DNA of 64,000 bases from Eledone cirrhosa (lineage: Eukaryota). The notes under the pieces are model-generated. The model searched no databases, was not told the origin of the DNA, and worked only from the letters and a program-made list of their open reading frames with translations. Shown one piece after another: positions 13,226-23,899 of this stretch. Position numbers and translations under genes: made by a program. The stretch covers positions 360,778,001 through 360,842,000 of the forward strand of contig OZ024740.1 of the NCBI GenBank assembly GCA_964016885.1, given 5' to 3'. Position 1 is the first letter of the stretch. Each line of letters opens with the position of its first letter.

Positions 13226-13774
13226 AATAGCTGTTAGAAAAGAGATATTACCAGCTTTTCTAATTGTTCAGAGTTATTTCCCTTACACGAGGCTTCATGT
13301 TTTTCTGAAACCTTTAATTACCAGAAGTAACCACTATTCTGGATGTTTATGAATTTAATTATAACAGATGATTAGTTTTTGCAACTGGGACAAACAACTT
13401 CTAATATATGAAAAATGTACCTTTATCCACAAAAACTACTAGTTCCATGAAATTCAATTAAAACCGTGATTTTATATATATATATATTCAATGTAGTCTA
13501 CCTTTCGAAGAAGACGGTATGATTGAACCCAGATACTATGTCTGATAGTATAGTTCTGTAACTGCTATAGATCAGTCAATATATTGATATGATCAACCCT
13601 CCGAAACGATCGTAAAACAATAAATGAGATATGTAAAAAAACTTGCCTTTGTTATCATTGTTAAAAAACTAATATGTAATATATATATATACATATATAT
13701 CTATGTATGTAACCCTTGCTAGCAGGGAAAGCGAGCGTTAGAACGACAATGATGATATATATATATATATACAT

Positions 13775-13866
13775 AATTTAATCTAGAAATGGCTTCTACA
13801 GGACTAGAACTGTTTCATTCGAATGGAACTGTTCTAGTCCTGTAGAAGCCATTTCTAGATTAAATT
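13775..13866. repeat. Fold-back palindrome family A, copy 1 (PLE-terminus-like)
   Basis: 46-bp arms with 2 mismatches around TTC|GAA. Confidence 0.85.
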
Positions 13867-14467
13867 TTATATATATACACTACTTATGTATTGAGTAGCT
13901 TACATACTGTGGTTACCCCCGATTGAACCAAGGACTCACACATATATATATTGGTTTATTGGATTGCAGTTAATCTAAGTGTAAACCACATTCAGAACTC
14001 AATGCAATAGTTTGATACCCAAGATGAAGTTGTGTCAACCTGAAACATGATTACTAATTTCTTCTGTAACGTAGGAACAGGCAGTGATTGCTACCTGGTA
14101 TCAAGTAGGATTACAGAGCATAAGCAACCAGAAGGGAGAGATCAGTTTAACATATTTTTACTCTGTTTTACATGTTTCACTTGTGATCAGGCTCAAAAAT
14201 ACTCTCAATTATGTAACATTACTCAGTGTGTTTTAACACCACACACTTACATAATGTTATGTAATGGAGGACAGTTTTCTGTGTAAAGAAATAAAGATAT
14301 GTTATTGATCTCTTTCTTTGTGGAAAGTCAAGTTGATTTTACCTTTTTCCTATAGATATACACACACATATATATCATATATAGTGAAATTGGGGGTAAC
14401 CACAGTTAAAAAGGTACTCAATACATTAGTAAAGTGTAAACATCATTATTTAATATAGAAAATAATA

Positions 14468-14660
14468 TAGGGTGGTGGATTGGCAGTATCAGTAAAGGAT
14501 CGGACGCCATGCTTTGCAGCAGAGTTACGGCTCTTTACGGTATGTGTTCAAATCCCGCTGAGGTTAACTTACCTTTCATCAATACAGGGGGCGATAAAAT
14601 AAAGAACCAGTAATGCACTGGGTTAATTGGAGGCCTTGTGGCAAAAGTAGAAACAATTAT
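14468..14660 (+). mobile_element. tRNA-derived SINE with TSD
   Basis: A-box-like TGGCAGTATCAG and B-box GTTCAAATCC; flanked by TTATTTAATATAGAAA (14446-14461) and TTATTCAATATAGAAA (14657-14672). Confidence 0.8.
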
Positions 14661-14662
14661 TC

Positions 14663-14771
14663 AATATAGAAATGGCTTCTTCAGAACTAGAAATGTTTCA
14701 TTCATATGAAATCATCAAATGATTTCATATGAATGAAACAGTTCTAGTCCTGTAGAAGTCATTTCTATATT
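14663..14771. repeat. Fold-back palindrome family A, copy 2
   Basis: 53-bp arms, 3-nt loop CAA; centre reads ATGATTTCATATGAATGAAACAGTTCTAG. Confidence 0.85.
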
Positions 14772-14915
14772 AAATGATTATATATATATATATATATACA
14801 GAGAGCGAGAGAGAGAGATGTATATATATATGTATATATATGTGTGTGTGAGTCCCGGGTTCAATCGAGGGTAAATACAGTAAGTAAGGTACTCAATACA
14901 TAGTAGAGTATATAC

Positions 14916-15025
14916 AAGATTTAATATAGAAATGACTTCTACAGGACTAGAACTGTTTCATTCAAAGGAAATCATTCGAATGAAACAGTTCTAGTTCTGT
15001 AGAAGCCATTTCTATATTAAATCTT
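14916..15025. repeat. Fold-back palindrome family A, copy 3
   Basis: 48-bp arms with a 14-nt loop. Confidence 0.85.
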
Positions 15026-15042
15026 ATATATATATATATATA

Positions 15043-15620
15043 CACTGTAAATGTGGTTGGCGTTAGGAAGGGCATCCAGCCTTAGAAAACCAACCAGAAA
15101 CACCCCTATTGAGCGAGACATGGTCACTCGACACAAGTTGCCTCAAAATAGGAGCCGTCAAACCCATGCTAGCATGGAAGATGGACATTAATCAATGATG
15201 ATGATTATATATATACATATATATATATATCATCATCATCATCATCATCGTTTAACGTCCATCTTCCACGCTTGCATGGGTTTGGACGGGAGTTTTCCCA
15301 CTTGAGGCAAGATTGGTTGTCTTGCTCGTATAGGACTGTCTGGCGGGTTTTCTACGGCTGGATGCCCTTCCTAACACCAACCACGTTTACGGTGTGGACT
15401 GGGAGGTTTTTACCGTGTTACCTACATGGTCACATTACAGCGTGGACTGTGTGTTTTTTTTTCGTGACACCTACACGACCTCATTTATTTCGGACTGGAT
15501 GTTGTGGTACCAACATAACTTTACATCGAAAGGGGTGGTGGGACAGGGGTGTATTTTTGTTAGAGGTGCTTACTGACTGTAGGTTTCGCTTTGTACTTAG
15601 GCAAGGCGGGTCTTCTGTAT
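15043..15620. mobile_element. Two RTE 3'-tail fragments, tail-to-tail (15043-15205 +, 15230-15620 -)
   Basis: Both contain GGTTGG.GTTAGGAAGGGCATCCAGC and end in GGAC.TTAA..GATGATGAT facing a central (TA)n. Confidence 0.75.
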
Positions 15621-17967
15621 TATATATATATATATATAGCAGGGGAGAGAGAGAAAAGGGATGAGAAACAAAGAGAGAAAGAGATAGCAGATGTGGTGGG
15701 GTAACTATGTGTGGAAATCAGTGAATATCACTAAGGAAACATAAGTTCAATGACAAAAGATGATAGCTTTTTGTATAAGTGAGAGGGAGAAACAGTAAGA
15801 GAGGGTAAGACAGGGATGGTAAGAAAGAGAATGGTATAGAGATCCAATAAGAGAGATATAAAAGATGGTAAGATAAGTATAGTAAGTGAGATAGAGTAAG
15901 AGAAAAACGGAGCAATGGAGGATATAATGGAGTCAGTAGGATTGGATTGACCAACATTGGTACTTGTGCATGTATGTGCGTAAGTCCCCCCTCCATGTCT
16001 ATGTTTATGTTTGTATCTGTGTTTATGTTAATGTTTTATAACTTGAAAAAATAAGTACTGGCTGTTGATGTTGATAGTTGTGATGGTGTTGGTAGTGTTT
16101 GTTGGTGATGGTGGTGGTGTGTGATGGCTATAGTTGTAATGGTGGTAGTAGGGGTGATGGTGGTGGGGTAGTGGTGGTTGTGTGTAGTGTGTGTGTGTTG
16201 GGGGGGGGGGGGGGGGGGGGTAACATCAATGTCCTTGTCAGAACAACATTAACCCTCATTGCAAGAACAAAGGGAAATCTTTTGTATGTGGTAACTGGAG
16301 TGTAAACATACATACATATATACATACATCAATACAAACATAAATACATACATGCGAACACAAAAAGAAAAAGAAGAGTTCCCACCCCACCCATATTGTG
16401 TTCTCCCTCCCATCCCACCTCATCTGTAATTCCTTTCCCTGCACAATCCATGCCAGCAGGGAAGAAAGATGACCCCACCCATCCATCTACTTCACATGTT
16501 GCAGATTCTCAGGACTAATAAGTACTAAGAGCAACCACAAAAGAGATTCTCTGAAATGCTTGGACAGCTCTCTAAATGTAGTTCAGCTTTTGTTCTCCAG
16601 GTGACCAAATTACCAGTGGCAGTGGTTGTTCCAAAAATATAGTAGCTAGAGTAAGAACTGGTTCGAAAGAGTTCAAAGACTATATAATGTTTGTGTACAG
16701 AGTCTAATGTTGCATGGTTGTGAAACTTAGGCAAAAGATCTGTGCTGGCTGGAAAGAGATGAGGTGAGCATGCTTCACTAGGTATGTAATGTTAGTGGGT
16801 ATGAACAAAGGAGTTGAGAGAAAAACTTGATATAAGAGGAATTAGTTGTAGTGTGTAAGAGAGAAAACTCCACTAATAAAGACATATAATGTGCATGGAA
16901 AGTAACAGCTGTATAAAAAAAATGTGCAGGGCACTGAAAGTGGATGGGGCTTGTGAAGGAGAGAGAGCCAGAAAAACATGGAAGGAAGTAGTCAAGACTG
17001 ATCTCAAGATGTTGAGTCTCAAAAAGGAGACAACAAAGCACTGTGATGACTAGCAATGTGTAAGCATGGTGAAATGAACAGTGAAATGGTGGAGTGATGA
17101 AGGATAGGCAGTATATCTACATTTGGGCCTTTCACTCAGTATGCTTCTCTTAAAACTTTATCTGTTGTCCCTCCCTCTTCTTAATTCACCCTCATTTTTC
17201 TATCATTAATCTATTCCCTGTACGGTACTACCTATGTAACCAGGGATGGCAGTAAATACATCAGATACTCTCATCTCTTTGACACTCAGACTACTCTCCT
17301 ATTCATTGCACCATGCCACCTACATAATGATGGATGTCATGAGACCTGTCTATATTTGGTCTCCACCCATCAACTTTATCACGAGGGATTACATCAGATA
17401 TGTTTATATTCAATACACTTTCTGTGTTGCCATTTATCACACCCTCTCCCAGGACACTTCTTTCTGATATTCATCACTCTCTCCCTCTCATCAGCAAACA
17501 TGTAGCTATCATTACAGTCTCTGTTCCTTTACTACCCCTCTCCAATTGGTCTCTTCCATCATGCTCAATTCCACTACTGTCTCTCTTTCATTACTTGTTG
17601 ACAGTACTGTCTCTCTTGCACTACTACTCTTGTATATATTCTGTTTAGAAAAGGTACACCATATCCCTGTGTATTAAAAGAAGTGATAAAAAGGCTTGGC
17701 ACCAGGATGGGCATTTTGTCAATATTTCAAAAATAACCCCAACTCTCATGGTACCCACAAGTCTGACCCTTGTTTTATCAAGGAAAATGGTCATGAAATG
17801 CTTGTTGTTATTGTTATTTTATATAAGTATATATCATAATCATTTCAGAGTTTACTTTATGATGATGGCATGGGTTAAATGAAACTGAAGGAGAGCTTTA
17901 TGACTGGATGCATTTCTGTATGCCAACACTTTTAGTTGCCTCTGACGACACACACATATATATATGA

Positions 17968-18760
17968 TGAGCACCCAGCCCACACTATAAAGTGATTGTG
18001 TTGGTATCACAACAAAAAGCACCCAGGCAACGCTGTAAAGTGGTCGTGTTGGTATCACAACAAAAAGCACCCAGCCCACACTGTAAAGTGGTTATGTTGG
18101 TATCACAGCAAAAAGCACCCAGCCCACACTGTAAAGTGGTTGTGTTGGTATCACAACAAAAAGCACCCAGGCCACACTGTAAAGTGGTCGTGTTGGTATC
18201 ATAACAATAAGCACCCAGCCCACACTGTAAAGTGGTCGTGTTGGTATCACAACAAAAAGCACCCAGCCCACACCGTAAAGTGGTCGTGTTGGTATCACAA
18301 CAATAAGCACCCAGCCCACACTGTAAAGTGGTCATGTTGGTATCACAACAAAAAGCACCCAGCCCACACTGTAAAGTGGTCATGTTGGTATCACAACAAA
18401 AAGCACCCAGCCCACACTGTAAAGTGGTTGTGTTGGTATCACAACAAAAAGCACCCAGCCCACACTGTAAAGTGGTCGTGTTGGTATCACAACAAAAAGC
18501 ACCCAGCCCACACTGTAAAGTGGTCATGTTGGTATCACAACAAAAAGCACCCAGCCCACACTGTAAATTGGTCGTGTTGGTATCACAACAATAAGCACCC
18601 AGCCCACACTGTAAAGTGGTCGTGTTGGTATCACAACAAAAAGCACCCAGCCCACACTGTAAAGTGGTCATGTTGGTATCACAACAAAAAGCACCCAGCC
18701 CACACTGTAAAGTGGTCGTGTTGGTATCACAACAAAAAGCACCCCACATACACTGTAAAT
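17968..18760. repeat. 48-bp minisatellite (~16 copies) derived from an RTE 3'UTR sub-repeat
   Basis: Unit CACTGTAAAGTGGTCGTGTTGGTATCACAACAAAAAGCACCCAGCCCA; runs directly into an RTE tail (18752-18928) ending (GAT)n. Confidence 0.95.
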
Positions 18761-19268
18761 GTGGTTGGCATTAGGAAGGTCATCCAGCCGTAGAAACCAA
18801 GCCAAAAACAGTTCTATAAGAACAGGACAAGGTCTCCTGGCCCGACTTTCCCCCAATATGACAACCAGTCTAACCCATGCTAGCATGGAAAATAGATGTT
18901 AAATAATGATGATGATGATTATGATGATGAAAGACATCTGAAACGTCTGAAACGTTAAGACTATTTTCTTCCTTATCAAGCATTAAAATTCATTATACTG
19001 TATCATTACCCTATGTTGTTTCTCCGTTAATTTTCGCATATATATTTATATACACACACACACACACAAACAAACAGACAGATATATCATATAGGTAATT
19101 ATGGGTTCACGTAAGTGCAAATTAACATGCAGCAAAAAAAAGTACCCAATACCATTAGGTAGAGTGGAAGAACATTCAAAACAGAGTCGGGGAGAGTCAA
19201 TACTCAGAGTTTCTCGTTCCCGTTCCTCGGGCGACAACTGTCAGAGCATCAACAACGAAAATTCAGTT

Positions 19269-19272
<4 letters not shown>

Positions 19273-19310
<38 letters not shown>

Positions 19311-19316
19311 ATATAC

Positions 19317-19384
<68 letters not shown>

Positions 19385-19452
19385 GTATACACACATATGT
19401 ATATATATATATATACATATATATATTCATATATATATATATGTGTGTATAC

Positions 19453-19531
<79 letters not shown>

Positions 19532-19539
19532 TACATACA

Positions 19540-19575
<36 letters not shown>

Positions 19576-19670
19576 CACACATATATATATATATCATATA
19601 TATATACATGTAAATATATATATATACACATATGTATACACACATATATATATATACACACATATATATA
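19273..19670. repeat. Long (TA)n/(TACA) microsatellite
   Basis: Direct inspection. Confidence 0.95.
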
Positions 19671-19932
19671 TTCTTTTTATAGATATGTGTGTGCTTTTCT
19701 TTTGTTTGTATCGTTTATTTGCACGTATACCTAAGTAACACACACACACACATATATGCGAGTGTAAACTCGGCCGAAGAAGATATATATATATATATTG
19801 TTATACTTTGGGAGGGTCATGTTGCCAATAAGAAACACACGCACCAGTTGCTTTCACTTCAATTTATTATAATAAATTTATAAATTTCTGGTTGGTTGGT
19901 TGGTTCCACAACCAGATAGTTGTTTATATATT

Positions 19933-19975
19933 GTCAGAGTTCTTTCGTCACACATTATGTGACCTCTTCAGTGAC
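19933..19975 (-). ncRNA. Minimal type I hammerhead ribozyme motif
   Basis: GTCA-CTGAAGA-G-GTCACAT aat GTGTGAC-GAAAG-AA-CTC|TGAC: stem I GTCA/TGAC, intact core, CUC cleavage triplet. Confidence 0.75.
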
Positions 19976-20131
19976 TGGGGATTCTTTTCTTTGTTTTTGT
20001 GCCTCTCCTTTGTTCTGTCCTACGCCATTTTGTTTCTGTGTGTGTGTTGTGAGCACATAACACACACACAGAAACAAAATGGCGTAGGACAGAACAAAGG
20101 AGAGGCACAAAAACAAAGAAAAGAATCCCCA

Positions 20132-20174
20132 GTCACTGAAGAGGTCACAGAATGTGTGACGAAAGAACTCTGAC
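20132..20174 (+). ncRNA. Minimal type I hammerhead ribozyme motif
   Basis: GTCA-CTGAAGA-G-GTCACA gaatg TGTGAC-GAAAG-AA-CTC|TGAC; predicted cut after C20170. Confidence 0.75.
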
Positions 20175-20753
20175 AATATATAAACAACTATCTGGTTGTG
20201 GAACCAACCAACCAACCAGAAATTTATAAATTCCTAAATTTATAAATTTATTATAATAAATTGAAGTGAAAGCAACTGGTGCGTGTGTTTCTTATTGGCA
20301 ACATGACCCTCCCAAAGTATAACAATATATATATATATATATATCTTCTTCGGCCGAGTTTATACTCGCATATATGTGTGTGTGTGTCTGTGTGTGTTAC
20401 TTAGCTATACGTGCAAATAAATGATACAAACAAAAGAAAAGCACACACATATCTATAAAAAGAAGAAGCCGCTTTTTGTAACCACTGATAATGTTATTAA
20501 CCGGCTATTGTGATCAAAATTAGTTGGTCCCAAACACTTTATTTGCTTAGTGCTATCGGTTTGTTATTGTTATCGAAACAAAACAAAAAAGCATCGTCTG
20601 TGTTGTTTTCTTCGGCCCTGAACAGAATAATTTACCGAATTCCCGAAATATATTATATATATTTACATGGATGTATACACACACACAAACAGACATATAT
20701 ATGTGTGTGTGTGTGTATTATACGCATACACACGTATACATAATATCTATATA

Positions 20754-20854
<101 letters not shown>

Positions 20855-21113
20855 TACATGTATACATATATATAAATAAATACAATTTCAGTCTTTATGA
20901 CTACAAAGTATTGGAGTCGTCTGGTTTTGATTGCTAACCTCGTTAACATAATGTGGTAGCAAGGTATAATGATGTATGTGTATATTTATACATATAGCTA
21001 CATTTATATGTACTTATAACTAAATACAAAATAGTTAAATTGAATAAATTAAAATGAAAGATATATTATTATTTATAGTAAAAGACACAATAACACAAAA
21101 GAAGCAAACTAGC

Positions 21114-21150
21114 CTTTTTTCTTGTTCGAAGCTCCGTTTGCTGTCGCCAT
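21114..21150 (-). CDS. Candidate first coding exon of the ankyrin gene (MATANGASNKKK-)
   Basis: caagATGGCG start context in a locally CpG-rich patch; ends AAAAAAG|GCTAGT (GC donor, phase 1). This joins in frame to exon 10974 (G+AT = Asp): MATANGASNKKKDYRLRRQK. Confidence 0.55.
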
Positions 21151-21720
21151 CTTGTCGTCTGTAGACAAGTATTATGATATTTGTGTGCAGCAGCAAGGAA
21201 CTGCATCAGTTTAGGAAGATGCTAAATTTTTTGTTGTTGTTGTTGTTGTTTTGTTTAGCTTGAAAAATACAAAAAATTTCCTTTAAATTTGATTTCTTAT
21301 AATTACCTAATAATATCTATAATAACTTCTGTTGTCATTATTATTATTATTATTATCATTATATTATTTGTTATATTGTGTTTATTTACATTTGTACTTT
21401 ATAATATGCATCTTCGTTGTGACTTTTGTTTTCTTTTTAGATATATACATATATCTATTCCCTATGGTGCAATTGGTTAGTCCGTTTAACTGTTAACTGA
21501 AAATTTAGTGGTTCAAACCCATTCTGGAAAGCGTAATAACTTTCTGAAAGCGATGCACTGTCACAGGTCAATGACTCTAAGCGGTAAATTATTGAATGGA
21601 CCTCCGTCAGTTTCGACGGTGAATTTTCAAGATGCTGGATCAACATAAACCCTGCTTGCGGAATTAACGAACGCACACACACACGCACGTATATATACGT
21701 ATAAGCAATTTATCTTCTGC

Positions 21721-21756
<36 letters not shown>

Positions 21757-21954
21757 TCATCATCATCATCATCATACGTCCGCTTTTCCCTGCTTGCAAG
21801 GGTGGGACGGGAACTGATTCTGGCTTGATTTCTACAGCTGGATGCCCCTCCTAACACCAACCTCATTTACAGTGAGTGCTGGGTGCTTTTTTCCGTGGCG
21901 CCTACACGTCCACTTTACAGTGGAATGATGGGGACCCTAGTCCCTATCATCTCA

Positions 21955-22095
21955 TTTCTACAGCTGAGTAAACTGGAGCAATGTGAAATAAAGTGTCTTG
22001 CTCAAGGAAACAACACATCACCCGGTCTGAGAATTGAACTCACAACCTTTCGATTGCAAGGCCAATGCTCTAACCACTAAGCCATGTGCCTCCAT
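21955..22095 (-). mobile_element. CORE-type SINE fragment
   Basis: AAAGTGTCTTGCTCAAGGAAACAAC is the reverse complement of the CORE-like GTTGTGTCCTTGAGCAAGACACTT, plus a tRNA-like head; related pieces at 3720-3840, 5935-6020 and 40150-40260. Confidence 0.6.
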
Positions 22096-22176
22096 ATATA
22101 TATATATAGTGGTAGAACACTGGAAGGTAATATCCGTAGTGATAGAGCACTCAGTCCATGGGACGAGTTAGGTAGA

Positions 22177-22297
22177 AGAAGTGGTTACACAACAGTTAGT
22201 TCACCATACCGAGAACAATTGTTTCACCTTAGCGGGATCCGCTAAGGTGAAACAATTGTTCTCGGTATGGTGAACTAACTGTTGTGTAACCACTTCT
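22177..22297. repeat. Perfect palindrome (59-bp arms, loop GAT)
   Basis: Centre CCTTAGCGG-GAT-CCGCTAAGG; each arm reads outward GAAACAATTGTTCTCGG. Confidence 0.92.
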
Positions 22298-22321
22298 ATA
22301 TATATATATATATATATATAT

Positions 22322-23115
22322 ATCATACGAACAGCAATGTTGCATGGCAGTGAGACCTGGGCATTGTGTGCAGAGGATATACGCAGACTAGAGAGGAACG
22401 AAGCTTGCATGCTCCGCTGGATGTGTAATAGAAACATACGTGAACGGCGAAGCATAAACAAACTAAGGGAAAAATTAGAAATAAGAGGGATCAGATGTTG
22501 TTTACTCGAGAGAAGGCTACGTTGGTATGGTCACGTGATGCGCATGAAAGACGACAGCTGTATAAAAAGTTCAGGGCAATAAAGATAGACGGTAGCCACG
22601 GAGTAGGCAGACCCAGAAAAACCTGGGACGACCTGATAAATTCCGACCTCACACACTTACACCTCTCAAGACAATGTCACTGGACCGAGATCTTTGACGG
22701 TACTCAGTAATAGAGAAGACCTGCCTTACCTAAATACAAAGTAAAACCTACTACAGTCAGTAGGCATCTCTAACAAAATACACCCCCGTCCCACTAGCCC
22801 CACCCCATCCCTCTCAATGTAAAGTTATGTTGGTGCCACAACATCCAGGCCGAAACAAATGAGATCGTGTAGGTGTCACGACAAAAAAAACACACAGTCC
22901 ACGCTGTAATGTGGCCATGTAGGCAACACGGTAAAAACCCCCAGTCCCACACTGTAAATGTGGTTGGTGTTAAGAAGGGCATCCAGCTGTAGAAAACCCG
23001 CCAGACAGTCCTATGCGAGCAAGACAACCACTCTTGCCTCAAGTGGGAAAACTCCCGTCCAAACCCATGCAAGCGTGGAACATGGACGTTAAACGATGAT
23101 GATGATGATGATGAT
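22322..23115 (+). mobile_element. RTE LINE 3' fragment + 3'UTR
   Basis: MLHGSETWALCAEDIRRLERNEACMLRWMC, near-identical to 32610-33380; bounded by (TA)n and (GAT)n(TA)n. Confidence 0.9.
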
Positions 23116-23126
23116 ATATATATATA

Positions 23127-23470
23127 ATTGTTTCTACTTTAGGCACAAGGCCAGCAATTACCCAGTGCATTACTGGTACTTTATTTTATCGACCCCGTAA
23201 GGATGAAAGGCAAAGTCAACCTCGGCGGGATTTGAACTCAGATCGTAAAGGGACGTAACTATGCTGGAAAGCATGTCCGACCCTCAACCGATACTGCCAA
23301 CTCACCGCCCTAATAATAATTGTTTCTACTTTTGGCACAAGGCCAGCAATTACCCAGTGCATTACTGGTACTTTATTTTATCGACCCCATAAGGATGAAA
23401 GGCAAAGTTAACCTCGGCGGGATTTGAACTCAGTCCGTAAAGGGAGGTAACTATGCTGCAAAAGCATAAC
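23127..23470 (-). mobile_element. Two tandem tRNA-derived SINE copies
   Basis: Duplicated ATAATTGTTTCTACTTT.GGCACAAGGCCAGC...GGATGAAAGGCAAAGT.AACCTCGGCGGGATTTGAACTCAG. Confidence 0.8.
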
Positions 23471-23899
23471 GTCTATAATAATAAGGAGTTGACGGACCCA
23501 GCATATTTATCAATGCCAGGACCGGTTGTATCTCAGCGTACTCAATGGGCAATGTAGGATACATTTCCAGAGGGATATATATATATATATAGTTGCAGGA
23601 GATAAGTTGCTTATACATAATTGTTAGGTTGTAACTTCTTGAGGGTAAGCCGGTCCGAGCGATTGAAAAGTACTTCATGTCAGTAGTTTATCCCAGCTAA
23701 GAGTTGGTGATTAGGAGTGACAGAGTATTCATTTATCAAATAAGAGTAGTTAAGACGGGACTATTTCATTATAATTATTTTATTGCATGATATATATTTC
23801 TGTTACATGATTATGCATGTGACTTCGTCAGATTCTTACGCATTCATAGGGTCCATTATGCAATCATTGGGGTATGCATGTATAACTACCCTGTTGTGA

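Larger units (their letters stand above)
19671..20464. repeat. Large near-perfect inverted repeat (~380-410-bp arms) with hammerhead motifs; inverted PLE termini
   Basis: Arms mirror around ~20052 (GTGAGCAC), with a few small indels. Confidence 0.92.

Noticed and set aside
13495-13665. CpG-containing patch with donor-like sites (AAAG|GTAGAC, AAAG|GCAAGT) as an alternative first exon of the ankyrin gene
   Set aside because: No in-phase ATG-led frame found; unsupported without transcripts.
14468-14560. tRNA gene
   Set aside because: A/B boxes belong to a multi-copy SINE head; no cloverleaf.
17968-18760. CRISPR-like array, or Cys-rich repeat proteins (ORFs 17985-18749 and 17996-18793)
   Set aside because: Head-to-tail 48-bp units with no unique spacers, eukaryotic context, no cas genes; ORFs are open only because the unit is 16 codons.
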